This document shows, in pieces, positions 7,882-16,768 of a stretch of DNA of 56,757 nucleotides. Made by a program: the position numbers and the translations under genes. Source of the DNA: Clostridia bacterium (lineage in GTDB: Bacteria > Bacillota > Clostridia > Oscillospirales > QAKW01); NCBI GenBank assembly GCA_017482195.1, contig JAFUNM010000048.1, forward strand, positions 1-56,757, written 5' to 3'. Below the pieces are notes generated by a model. That model was not told the DNA's origin. It worked only from the letters and a program-made list of their open reading frames with translations, and made no database searches. Positions within the stretch are counted from its first letter, which is position 1. Every line of letters begins with the position of its first letter.

Positions 7882-8253
7882 TTACACCACCATGTCGGGG
7901 GCATTTTTGGTTTCTGCCACGATCTTGATGACCACCTCTTGAGGCAGGCAGACAATGGTCTCCCCTGCCTTGGAAACCGCACGGTGGTTCACACAGATCT
8001 GATCGGGGCAGGTCGCCTCGGCGATCTCCGCTTTTCCGCCGCGGATCACCAAAAGATTGGTCACGGTCTCCCCGTCGGTGATGGGATACTCTCCCTCCGC
8101 CGACAGAGCATAGCGGGCGATCTCGGTTCCGTTCTTCATAACAGCGGCATACGCACCCTCTTTTCTGGTAAGAAAAAAGATCAAAGCAAAGGCCGCCGCT
8201 ATCAAAAGGACCCCGCCGATCAACAAAATGTCATTGCGCAGTCGTTTTCTCAT
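7882..8253 (-). CDS. NusG domain II-containing membrane-anchored protein
   Basis: Start at MRKRLRNDILLIGG (ATG 8253), overlapping the rnfB stop as ATGA. It has an N-terminal TM segment and the motifs CPDQICV and IVCLPQ typical of this family. Confidence 0.7.
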   Translation of the reverse strand: MRKRLRNDILLIGGVLLIAAAFALIFFLTRKEGAYAAVMKNGTEIARYALSAEGEYPITDGETVTNLLVIRGGKAEIAEATCPDQICVNHRAVSKAGETIVCLPQEVVIKIVAETKNAPDMVV

Positions 8254-9047
8254 AAAGTAACCAGACAATGAGTGGGACAACCCTCTACGCAAACACCACA
8301 GCCGGTGCACTTGGCATAGTCAATGACCGCCAGATCGTTCACCACTTTGATGGCACCCTCCGGACAGTTCTTTTCGCACTTTTTACAGGCAATACAGGCA
8401 TTGGTGCAGACCTTGCGGGCAACCGCACCCTTCTCTTTATTGCTGCAAACCACTGCGGTGGTCGCTGCCTGAGGTACCAGGGAAATGATCTCCTTAGGGC
8501 AGGTTTTCACACACATGCCGCAGCCGATGCAGATGCGGCGGTCGATGCGGGCGATGCCGTCTTTTAAGCAGATGGCATCCACCGGGCAGACATCAGCGCA
8601 ATCCCCACAGCCCAGACACCCGTAAGTACAGGCGTCGGGACCGCCATAGAGCATAGAGGCGGCACGGCAGGAATACACACCGTCATAAATCGCTTTTTTG
8701 GAGGTGGCATCACAGGTCCCGTTGCAATGAACGACCGCAACCTGCTCCGCCACATCCTCGGCAGCAATGCCTAAGATGGCAGCCACCTGAACTGCCACTT
8801 CGTCAGCGCCGGGAATACAAAGGTTGGCTTTGACCCCGCCTTCGGCGAGGGCTTTGGCATAATCGTCGCAGCCGGCATAGCCGCAGGCGCCGCAGTTGAC
8901 GCCGGGGAGGCAGGCGCGCAGCTCCGCCGCCCGCTGATCCTCCTCCACCCGCAGGAAATGGGAGGCTAAGGTCAGCAAAACGCCTGCAATAAGACCGATG
9001 GCTGCCACAACCAATAATGCAATTAAAATTTCATTCATGGCAGACAC
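8250..9047 (-). CDS. rnfB: Rnf electron transport complex subunit B
   Basis: It has an N-terminal TM segment, the CGACGYAGCDDYA motif and multiple CxxCxxCxxxCP ferredoxin motifs. It is the last gene of the rnfCDGEAB order. Confidence 0.9.
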   Translation of the reverse strand: MSAMNEILIALLVVAAIGLIAGVLLTLASHFLRVEEDQRAAELRACLPGVNCGACGYAGCDDYAKALAEGGVKANLCIPGADEVAVQVAAILGIAAEDVAEQVAVVHCNGTCDATSKKAIYDGVYSCRAASMLYGGPDACTYGCLGCGDCADVCPVDAICLKDGIARIDRRICIGCGMCVKTCPKEIISLVPQAATTAVVCSNKEKGAVARKVCTNACIACKKCEKNCPEGAIKVVNDLAVIDYAKCTGCGVCVEGCPTHCLVTL

Positions 9048-9048
9048 C

Positions 9049-9648
9049 TCACTTTAACAGATTTTCCACGATCCCACCGAACCCGAAAAATGCCAGCGAC
9101 ACAAAGGAAGCGGCGATCAGGGTGACCGGCAAACCCCGAAGATACTGGGGGATGCGGGTCTCGTCGATACGGGAGCGGACACCGGAGAACAAGACCATGG
9201 CTAAGAGGAAGCCCAGACCGCAGCCCAAAGAGCTGATGATGGACTGAAGAAAATCATAGCCGTCGGTAATGTTATTGATGGTAACGCCCAGCACCGCGCA
9301 ATTGGTGGTGATCAGAGGCAGGTAGACACCCAGGCTCTTATGCAGCGCCGGGATAAACTTTTTCAGAACGATCTCGGTAAACTGGACCAGAGCGGCAATG
9401 ACCAGAATAAAGATGATGGTCTGCATATACTCCAGTCCGGTCTGATCGAGAATAAACTTCTGAATGGGCCAGGTGACCGCGGTAGCAACCAGCATCACAA
9501 AGATAACGGCAATGCCCATGCCGGTTGCCTGGTTGAGCTTCTTCGACACACCCAAAAACGGACAGATCCCTAAGAATTGGCTCAATACATAGTTATTAAC
9601 TAAAATACTTCCGAAAAGAATACTGATAAGAAGCTTGGTATTTTCCAT
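9049..9648 (-). CDS. rnfA: Rnf complex subunit A
   Basis: Polytopic RnfA/NqrE-like sequence (NNYVLSQFLGICPFLGVS, TTNCAVLG), in the expected operon position. Confidence 0.9.
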   Translation of the reverse strand: MENTKLLISILFGSILVNNYVLSQFLGICPFLGVSKKLNQATGMGIAVIFVMLVATAVTWPIQKFILDQTGLEYMQTIIFILVIAALVQFTEIVLKKFIPALHKSLGVYLPLITTNCAVLGVTINNITDGYDFLQSIISSLGCGLGFLLAMVLFSGVRSRIDETRIPQYLRGLPVTLIAASFVSLAFFGFGGIVENLLK

Positions 9649-9649
9649 C

Positions 9650-10330
9650 TCAGTTCTCCTCCTTTCCGGTACAGCTCATGCAATTGCCTGCCGAGGGACA
9701 ACCCTCGCAGCCGAAAGACTTCTTCTTGGGGGCTTTGCCGTGGGTCAGTGCGGTCACGGCAAAGATCAAAAGGCCGTAGACCAGCAGCCCGCCGGGTGCC
9801 TGGGTCAGAATGTCGATGGTATGATCCTTGATAAAGGGGATGGCGATCCCCGCAAAGCTACCGGCACCGAAGACCTCACGAATAACGGCCATGGAAAGCA
9901 GCGCCAGAGTGAAGCCCAGACCCATGCCCACACCGTCCAGCGCAGACCGCGCCACCGAGTTTTTAGAGGCAAACATCTCGGCACGGCCGAGGATGATGCA
10001 GTTGACGGTGATCAGAGCAAGATAAACGCCCAAAAGATCATAGAGTTCCGGCAGATAGGCGTGCATGAACATCTGCACGATGGTCACAAAGCCGGCGATA
10101 ATAACAATATAACAGGGAATACGAACGGTATCGGGAATCACCTTTCTGAGCAGTGAGATCACCACATTGGAGCAAATCAATACCGCCATGGCGGCAAGAC
10201 CCATTGCAAAAGCACCGATGACCGTTTGGGTGGTCGCAAGGGTGGGGCAGGTGCCCAGCACCAATACGAAAACGGGATTTTCAAGGAGCAAGCCCTTGAC
10301 TAAGACCGAAAGGTTACTGTTCTTTTGCAT
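9650..10330 (-). CDS. rnfE: Rnf complex subunit E with a Cys-rich C-terminal tail
   Basis: RnfE/NqrD-like core (LENPVFVLVLGTCPTLATT, TVNCIILGRAE). The tail reads GCEGCPSAGNCMSCTGKEEN. Confidence 0.9.
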   Translation of the reverse strand: MQKNSNLSVLVKGLLLENPVFVLVLGTCPTLATTQTVIGAFAMGLAAMAVLICSNVVISLLRKVIPDTVRIPCYIVIIAGFVTIVQMFMHAYLPELYDLLGVYLALITVNCIILGRAEMFASKNSVARSALDGVGMGLGFTLALLSMAVIREVFGAGSFAGIAIPFIKDHTIDILTQAPGGLLVYGLLIFAVTALTHGKAPKKKSFGCEGCPSAGNCMSCTGKEEN

Positions 10331-10331
10331 A

Positions 10332-11447
10332 TCAGGCCACTCCTTCCAGAATTTTTACAGTTTCAAAGATCCGACCCACCGCAGTCTTATAGCCGTTGGT
10401 GGTCAGGGTGGCGCCGCTGATGGCGTCGATCTCTTTATAATTGGTTTCGTCTTTCCCGTTGAACTGGGTATAGAAAGACGGGTCGGCGCAGGCGGAACCG
10501 ATGCCCTCGGTCTCGCTCTGCTGCAGCGTCTCGCAGGCAATGATCTTTCCGGCGGGGGTCACCGACGCCCGCAGCAGGATGGGCTCACCGGAGGGATCAT
10601 AATACTTATCCCCGTTGATACCGAAGCCGGAGGCTTTGATCTCAACCACATAGTTACCGCCGCTGCTCTTTTCTACCTTGGTGACCGAAGAGTGCAGTTC
10701 ATAGGCGGAAGTGTCCATTTCCTCGGTCTTGGAGCCGACAACCACTGCAGAAAGAGCCTCGTCCAAAACGAACTCTTCGCCCTTCCGGAATACCACACCG
10801 CTGCCGTTATCGGCAACATAAACAGCGGAAACACCTTCCAGCTCCTCTACCATGAACCAGGGGGTAAAGGCGCCCTCTGCGGCGGGGAGCACCGCGGAGA
10901 GATTGTCCTTGAGGATCTCTTCCTCGCTACGCAGATCCACCGAGCCGCCGCCTAAGATCACAGCGGCGTTCAAGGCGTCTTTCACCGCATTGCGATAGGC
11001 TTCGGTGGTCTTGGTCATGGAAGCAACGGTATCCACCGTATCGATATCGGCAACCGTCTTACCCACGGTTTTTTCACCATAGGTCTTCTCGGCGCCCAAA
11101 GTCTCGTTGCTGGCAAGGCAGGTAGCGCCGGTCACGGTGCCGGTTGCATCCACTCCGCACATGATCACCATACCGGTGGAATACCCGGCGGTGGTCAGCT
11201 TCACCACATAACCGCCGGTGCTCTCGGCATAAACCTCCGTTACGGTCTCAGGCAACGTATAAGAAGAAATATCCATCAGGGTGAAGTCTTCACCCTCGGG
11301 CATCACCACCAGCAGCGCCTCATTGGCGGCGGCGGATTCGTTCTTTTCGATAATGGGTGCGGTGAGCATGTTGGTCGCAGAGAGCAACAGTGCCACCGCC
11401 GCGCAGATAGCGGTCAGCGCGATAATACTTTTTACATACTTATTCAT
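10332..11447 (-). CDS. rnfG: Rnf complex subunit G, double-length form with two FMN_bind-like modules
   Basis: An N-terminal TM segment is followed by module 1, ending VDTVASMTKTT, and module 2, ending in the canonical EIDAISGATLTT flavinylation motif. It is 371 aa, whereas I recall about 200 aa as typical. Confidence 0.85.
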   Translation of the reverse strand: MNKYVKSIIALTAICAAVALLLSATNMLTAPIIEKNESAAANEALLVVMPEGEDFTLMDISSYTLPETVTEVYAESTGGYVVKLTTAGYSTGMVIMCGVDATGTVTGATCLASNETLGAEKTYGEKTVGKTVADIDTVDTVASMTKTTEAYRNAVKDALNAAVILGGGSVDLRSEEEILKDNLSAVLPAAEGAFTPWFMVEELEGVSAVYVADNGSGVVFRKGEEFVLDEALSAVVVGSKTEEMDTSAYELHSSVTKVEKSSGGNYVVEIKASGFGINGDKYYDPSGEPILLRASVTPAGKIIACETLQQSETEGIGSACADPSFYTQFNGKDETNYKEIDAISGATLTTNGYKTAVGRIFETVKILEGVA

Positions 11448-12361
11448 GCCTTTTTCCCTCCAAACACTTTACGGGGGGTCCAAGCCTCAATATAGGGATT
11501 GAGAATGTTCATCAGCAGGATGGCAAAGGAAACACCCTCGGGATAGTTGCCCCAAAGACGGATCAAAACCGTAATAATGCCGGCGCCCAAGCCAAAGATC
11601 AGCTTGCCGGCGGGAGTGGCAGGGGAAGTCACATAATCGGTGGCCATAAAGATCGCACCGAGGAAGAGACCGCCCGACAAAATGTAGGCCAACGCCACGG
11701 TAAGATCCCCCTGCACCGCAAAGGTGAAGAGAAAGACCGTACCGATATATACCACCGGCAGGTGCCAGGAGATGACTTTGCGCACCAGAAGATAGATAAA
11801 GCCGATCAGCAACGCCAAAACGCTGGTCTCACCGATACTGCCGCCGCACTTCCCCAGGAAGAGCTCCAGCAGATCGGGCACCGTGCCCTCGCCCAGCTGG
11901 ACCAGAGGGGTGGCGGCAGCGGTGGAATCCACCGGAAATGCCGCCTGCGCCATGCTGCCGAAAGCAATCAGCATAAAGACACGGCCGGTGATGGCAGGAT
12001 TGACCACATTGCAACCAATGCCGCCGAAGAAGCATTTTACGATCACGATGGCAAACACGGTGCCGATGACCGCCTGCCAAAGGGGAATATTGGCGGGCAG
12101 GTTCAGTGCCAGCAGCAAGCCGGTGACTACCGCGCTCCAGTCGCCCACCGTCTGCTCTTTTTTAATAATGAAGTTAAAGAGTGCCTCGCTGAGCACCGCG
12201 GTAAAAACGCAGGTCAGCACCACCCATACAGCGGAAAGACCGAAGAGGGCGATGCCCGCCGCCGTTGCGGGCAGCAGGGAAAAGACCACATCCCGCATGA
12301 TGCCCTGGGTGGAGCGCCCGCTATGGAGATGGGGAGAAACAGAAATATGCAGTTTTCCCAT
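11444..12361 (-). CDS. rnfD: Rnf complex subunit D
   Basis: RnfD/NqrB-like polytopic protein (SPHLHSGRST, ATDYVTSPATP). It overlaps its neighbours by 1-4 nt. Confidence 0.9.
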   Translation of the reverse strand: MGKLHISVSPHLHSGRSTQGIMRDVVFSLLPATAAGIALFGLSAVWVVLTCVFTAVLSEALFNFIIKKEQTVGDWSAVVTGLLLALNLPANIPLWQAVIGTVFAIVIVKCFFGGIGCNVVNPAITGRVFMLIAFGSMAQAAFPVDSTAAATPLVQLGEGTVPDLLELFLGKCGGSIGETSVLALLIGFIYLLVRKVISWHLPVVYIGTVFLFTFAVQGDLTVALAYILSGGLFLGAIFMATDYVTSPATPAGKLIFGLGAGIITVLIRLWGNYPEGVSFAILLMNILNPYIEAWTPRKVFGGKKA

Positions 12362-13677
12362 TATTTCTCAGCCTCCTTTTCTGCGGCACGGGCAGCCTTG
12401 AGGGCAGCCTTTGCCAACTTATTAGTCTGAACTAAGGGGCGGCTTGCGGGGCAAACAAATGCGCAGCAGCCGCATTCCATACAGGTATCCACACCCCATT
12501 TTTCCATGGAGGCGGTGTCCCCTGCCTTATAGGCACGCTCAATGGCGCTGGGGTTGATGCCGAAAGGACAATGATTGTAGCAGGCGCCACAACGGATGCA
12601 GGCAGTCTCCTTGGCAGGAGCGGCATCCTTTTGATCAAAGGCCAGGATGGCATTGGTATTTTTCATTACGGGAGCGCTCAGGTCGGGAACAGCAACACCC
12701 ATCATGGGGCCACCGTAGAGCACCTTGCCGGGTTCTTCTTTAAAGCCGCCGCAGAAGGCAAAAACCTCCTCCATGGAGGTGCCGATGGGAACGATCACGT
12801 TCTTGGGTTCCTTTACGGCGCTGCCGTCTACGGTGATGCATTTTTCCACCAAGGGCATGCCGGTTTTCAGATAACTTCCAATGGAGGCCAGGGTGGTACA
12901 GTTGCAGACAATACAGCCCACATCCAACGGCAGCTTGCCGGCGGGGATCACCTTACCGGTGGTATGGTATACCAAGACCTTTTCACCGCCCTGGGGATAA
13001 ACGGCAGGCAGGGTGACCACCTTCACATGAGGATCCTCCTTTTCCAGCTCCTTCATCCGAGCGATGGCGTTCTTTTTATTGTTTTCGATACCGATAATGA
13101 CCTTCTTGATCCCCAGGTAGGTCTCCAAAGCCTTCAGGGCATAGGCCATATCCTCGGCCCGCTCGGTCATGGTGAGAGAGTCGCTGGTGATATAGGGTTC
13201 ACACTCTGCGCCGTTGATGACCAGCTCGTCCACCTGCTCGGGATCTGCATTGAATTTCACATAGGTGGGAAAGCCTGCACCGCCCAGACCGACGATCCCG
13301 CTCCGGCGAATGGCATCCACCAACTCTTCCCGATTGGTAACGGTTGGAGGTGCGATGGCGGGATCCGGGGTGTTTGCCCCGTCGGACTCAATAACGATAG
13401 CCGCAACCTTCTGTCCGTTGGCCTGCAGCTGCGAGGTAATGGCTTTTACGGTACCGGAAATGCTGGCATGAACGGGAGAAGAGATCCCGCCGTTCTGCTC
13501 TGCGATGAGCGTGCCCACATCCACATGGTCTCCCACCTTTACTGCAGGAACCGCCGGCGTGCCGATATGCATTCCCAGAGGAATGGTGACGGTTTTCGGC
13601 GCGGCCATCGGAACTGCGGCAGTATCTGCGGTATTTTTTCTGTGGGGTACATGAACCCCATGGAGAGAAAATGCCAT
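12361..13677 (-). CDS. rnfC: Rnf complex subunit C
   Basis: GLGGAGFPT motif and two 4Fe-4S motifs (CIRCGACYNHCP, CMECGCCAFVCP). It is the first gene of the operon. Confidence 0.9.
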   Translation of the reverse strand: MAFSLHGVHVPHRKNTADTAAVPMAAPKTVTIPLGMHIGTPAVPAVKVGDHVDVGTLIAEQNGGISSPVHASISGTVKAITSQLQANGQKVAAIVIESDGANTPDPAIAPPTVTNREELVDAIRRSGIVGLGGAGFPTYVKFNADPEQVDELVINGAECEPYITSDSLTMTERAEDMAYALKALETYLGIKKVIIGIENNKKNAIARMKELEKEDPHVKVVTLPAVYPQGGEKVLVYHTTGKVIPAGKLPLDVGCIVCNCTTLASIGSYLKTGMPLVEKCITVDGSAVKEPKNVIVPIGTSMEEVFAFCGGFKEEPGKVLYGGPMMGVAVPDLSAPVMKNTNAILAFDQKDAAPAKETACIRCGACYNHCPFGINPSAIERAYKAGDTASMEKWGVDTCMECGCCAFVCPASRPLVQTNKLAKAALKAARAAEKEAEK

Positions 13678-13738
13678 TTTAAAACCTACCTTTCAAAAAA
13701 CATATAGATATCTTTAGTTTTCTCAATTTCTACCTTAT

Positions 13739-13767
13739 AATATATATTTTTTTTGGATTTCTGTCAA
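13739..13767 (-). promoter_or_regulatory. Candidate sigma-70 promoter of the rnf operon
   Basis: The minus strand reads TTGACA (13767-13762), a 17-nt spacer, then TATATT (13744-13739). It sits about 60 nt upstream of ATG 13677. Confidence 0.5.
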
Positions 13768-13916
13768 TATGAACCCGCTGGATAAACTGGGAAAAGCAGA
13801 CTTTTGGGTTAAACGCTCTTTAAAAAGAGCGCAAACGTTGTGCAAAAACAATGAATTTCTGCGTGTTCTCCCCATCGTCCTTACGATTAACAAGCCGCCT
13901 TGAATCGGCCTTTTCT

Positions 13917-15389
13917 TTATTTTGAATATACCCAGCGTTGTTCCCAGTCCTCCTGTGTAATTTCCGGCCAATGCTCCAGAGAGCCGGCAGGCAGATAAAT
14001 CAAGGTCAACTCCTGCGGAATTCCGTAAAACTCCCGGTAGCATTCCATATACCGCTCTGTTTGAGGATTGCGTCCCCACCAGATTCGCCAGCGCTCGGTA
14101 GGCAGGATCACCGAATCCGCTCCCTGCTCCACTGCAGCGGCCACCAGCTCCTGCCGCAGCCGGGAACTGCGCTCTACCTGATGGTAAATAAACCCGTAGC
14201 GAAGCATTAGGATACAAACCAGCAAAGCGCACCCCGACAGCAGTCCTTTTTTATTCAAAAGCGGGGCGGCGGCATCCAACAAAGCCAGCGCCGTCAGTAA
14301 AAACGGGAGCAGAAAGAGTCGCTCGCCGGTCTCTGTGACCACCGCCAGAGGTGCCACAACAAATACGGCCATTAGTAGTAAAACAACCCTTCTTTGCCAT
14401 CCGTCCGAAGACATGGCGGCGGAGAGAATTGCCACCGCCCAGCTGCCGCAGGCACCCAATGCCGAGCTCCAAGCGGGCGCTTGCGGGTAGAAAAGGCACA
14501 GCAATCCATGAGCCGCCGGCCAAAGGGCCAGCAGCATCAGTCGTTTTTTCCCACTCCGCAAAAAACAGCAAAGGGGCAGCAGCACCGCCATCAGGCAAAA
14601 GGCCGGACTCAGCCGAAAAAGCTCCGGCAGCAGCTCTATTCCATAACGGGACAACAGCGCAGTCAGCGCCTCCCATAAGGTGCCGTCCACCGGGAACGCC
14701 AACGTGCGAATTCCGTTCAGCGCCGTACCGGTGGAATTGAGTTCCGTATAGAGGGGATTATAGAACAGAAAAAAGCAGCTGACTGCTGCTCCGGCCAAAG
14801 TACAAAAGGTCATGATACGTCCTTGACGGCGATACAGAGCCCATCCGACCAAGCAAAGACCCACCAACAGCATCAATACCGTTTGATTTTCCAAAAACAA
14901 ACCGGCGACCGTTGTATAGAAAAACAGCAGCAGAGCCGGCAGAACAGTTTTTTTCTTCGCCAAAAGAAACCGCCGCAGCAACAGCAGCCAGCCCAGCAGC
15001 ATCGCTGACGAAATGCAATAATTTGCAAAGCCGGATACCCAGCCGACCGTCTGCCGCCAAACAGTCAGCGGCAGGGAAAGCAGGATCAGATTTCCCGCCA
15101 AAAATCGGGCAAAAAACGATCCGCCCTCCGTCAGGAATGCCATCAGTACGGGAAGGGCAAACAAGATTGCCCCCATCAGCAGCACCTTCACCAAAGAAGA
15201 GCGGGTCATGATCACCACAAAAAAGTTGCCCGCAAAACGGTTATTGACCGCACCGGTCAGCCATTGTTCCAGACCCGCATCGATGCCCCACTCCCAATCG
15301 TCATGGGTATAGGGCACCAATGCGGCAATATAGATCCAAAAAAGAAGGATCAGCGCCATCAACGCGCCGGTGATGACCTTTTTTCTCAT
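13917..15389 (-). CDS. Large polytopic membrane protein, GT-C-like (possible glycosyltransferase; DUF6056/YfhO-like is my guess)
   Basis: 490 aa with more than 10 hydrophobic segments, an acidic first-loop motif PYTHDDWEWG and a soluble C-terminal domain. The family call is from memory only. Confidence 0.55.
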   Translation of the reverse strand: MRKKVITGALMALILLFWIYIAALVPYTHDDWEWGIDAGLEQWLTGAVNNRFAGNFFVVIMTRSSLVKVLLMGAILFALPVLMAFLTEGGSFFARFLAGNLILLSLPLTVWRQTVGWVSGFANYCISSAMLLGWLLLLRRFLLAKKKTVLPALLLFFYTTVAGLFLENQTVLMLLVGLCLVGWALYRRQGRIMTFCTLAGAAVSCFFLFYNPLYTELNSTGTALNGIRTLAFPVDGTLWEALTALLSRYGIELLPELFRLSPAFCLMAVLLPLCCFLRSGKKRLMLLALWPAAHGLLCLFYPQAPAWSSALGACGSWAVAILSAAMSSDGWQRRVVLLLMAVFVVAPLAVVTETGERLFLLPFLLTALALLDAAAPLLNKKGLLSGCALLVCILMLRYGFIYHQVERSSRLRQELVAAAVEQGADSVILPTERWRIWWGRNPQTERYMECYREFYGIPQELTLIYLPAGSLEHWPEITQEDWEQRWVYSK

Positions 15390-16768
15390 TGGACTTTTTT
15401 TCTGAAGATTTTCGAGCGGAAAAGAATGAGATTCATCGCCGCAAAGAAAACCATCAGAATGATCAGCGTCAGCAAGGGCTTTTTCGGTGCCAGGGTCGCC
15501 AGCAGCATCATGGGGAAGCCGAAAACGATGGCAGGAAAATTCTGATAAACCATATTATCGGCAGCGGGGGTCTTGAACTCGCCGTCAATTTCTCTCAATA
15601 GGATAATGCCCGTGCTGGCGGTACCGGTAAGCATTCCGTACATCATCAAAAACTGCTCTTCGGAATACTTGGGGAAAAGCGTGCGAGAGACCAACAACAC
15701 ATAAGCATAGGTGATCACAAGTCCTACAACACCTAAAATCAGCATCACGCCCCAATACCGCTCCAGCACACTCAGGCGGATAGCAGCAATGCCGGCCACC
15801 ACCATAACATCAAAGAAGAAATTGCTGCAGCGGGTCATCAAAAAGTCATTCATATATTGGCGGTTGATGATCTTCTTTTTGCGCAGGACATTGATAACCG
15901 TCTTAATGAGGGTGGCACTCAAGACACCCAGAAGGAAGTTAAAGCCGTAGATCACCGATTTCATACCCGGCAGCAGCAGACCCAGTGCATACATCATTCC
16001 ATAGGCCAGAAAATAGCCCGCCGCCACCAGCGCCAGCTGAACCGTCAGCTTATCCATACTGCCCTGCATGGGGATCTCATCGTCTCCCTGAACATTCTCG
16101 CTTACCAACGCCGATTCCTGAGAACCGAAGGTCTTGATCTTACCCTTGCGCTTTAAGATATTCAGATGAATGACACCACCGATACTGGCACTTAAAAATC
16201 CCAGCGCGGCGATGGTAAGACCGAAGCTCTTACCGCCCACAAAACCGAATTCATTTTCATAAATGCCGCCGTAATTGAGAGCCTGCCCGGTACCCTGCCC
16301 GTAGCCAAAAGGCAGCAACACACCGGCGGCGGGGAAAAAGTCCTTTATGATCAGAGCCACGATCATGGTAATACCTAAGCCGAAAACAGCCTGGATCAGA
16401 TATGTCGATACCGTATGAACGCCGGTATTAAAGATCTCAACCGTTCGCTCCTTCGTCAGCTTACCGCTGCCGCTCTTAAAGGTGGATGCAATAAAACCCA
16501 GCGCCAGCGTATGATAGGTGATGATCTCCAGGGTATTAATGCCGTTGCCGCCGAAAAAGGCGGTATTAAAAAGATTCTCACCGGTAAAAGCGCTGTAAAT
16601 GCCGGTAATGACCAGCAAGATCAGACCGCCCAGCACCGAGGTGGGGATCAGAGAGGCCTCCAACCACTTGACCGACCGTTTTAACATATTGGCCACTAGC
16701 AACGAAAGCAGCAAAACAGCCGCTAAATGGATAGTACCCCAAACACTAAAATCCCAAAAACTTTCCAT
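15386..16768 (-). CDS. Sodium/glutamate symporter (GltS/ESS family)-like transporter
   Basis: Polytopic protein of about 460 aa with GltS-like N-terminal architecture. Start moved to MESFWDF (ATG 16768) behind AAGGAG. Confidence 0.65.
   Translation of the reverse strand: MESFWDFSVWGTIHLAAVLLLSLLVANMLKRSVKWLEASLIPTSVLGGLILLVITGIYSAFTGENLFNTAFFGGNGINTLEIITYHTLALGFIASTFKSGSGKLTKERTVEIFNTGVHTVSTYLIQAVFGLGITMIVALIIKDFFPAAGVLLPFGYGQGTGQALNYGGIYENEFGFVGGKSFGLTIAALGFLSASIGGVIHLNILKRKGKIKTFGSQESALVSENVQGDDEIPMQGSMDKLTVQLALVAAGYFLAYGMMYALGLLLPGMKSVIYGFNFLLGVLSATLIKTVINVLRKKKIINRQYMNDFLMTRCSNFFFDVMVVAGIAAIRLSVLERYWGVMLILGVVGLVITYAYVLLVSRTLFPKYSEEQFLMMYGMLTGTASTGIILLREIDGEFKTPAADNMVYQNFPAIVFGFPMMLLATLAPKKPLLTLIILMVFFAAMNLILFRSKIFRKKVQ

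Noticed and set aside
11080-11160. TGAT in the RnfG segment GTVTGATCLASNETLG as an extra flavinylation site
   Set aside because: By position it corresponds to the conserved beta-strand preceding the ETPGLG-like motif of FMN_bind domains, not to the C-terminal DxxSGAT acceptor loop. No Asp lies at the expected offset.
12571-13707. 378-aa plus-strand ORF, antisense to rnfC. Similar antisense ORFs occur at 5405-6286, 6669-7292, 10167-10955, 11762-12430, 27054-27695 and 49567-50319.
   Set aside because: All are embedded in confidently identified genes on the other strand. None has an SD or a recognisable motif. They are stop-codon-poor antisense frames.
13735-14232. 165-aa minus-strand ORF spanning the end of the 490-aa membrane protein gene and the rnf promoter region
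   Set aside because: It overlaps the 3' end of a better-supported gene in another frame and runs through the intergenic promoter. Its Arg/Gly-rich composition looks spurious.
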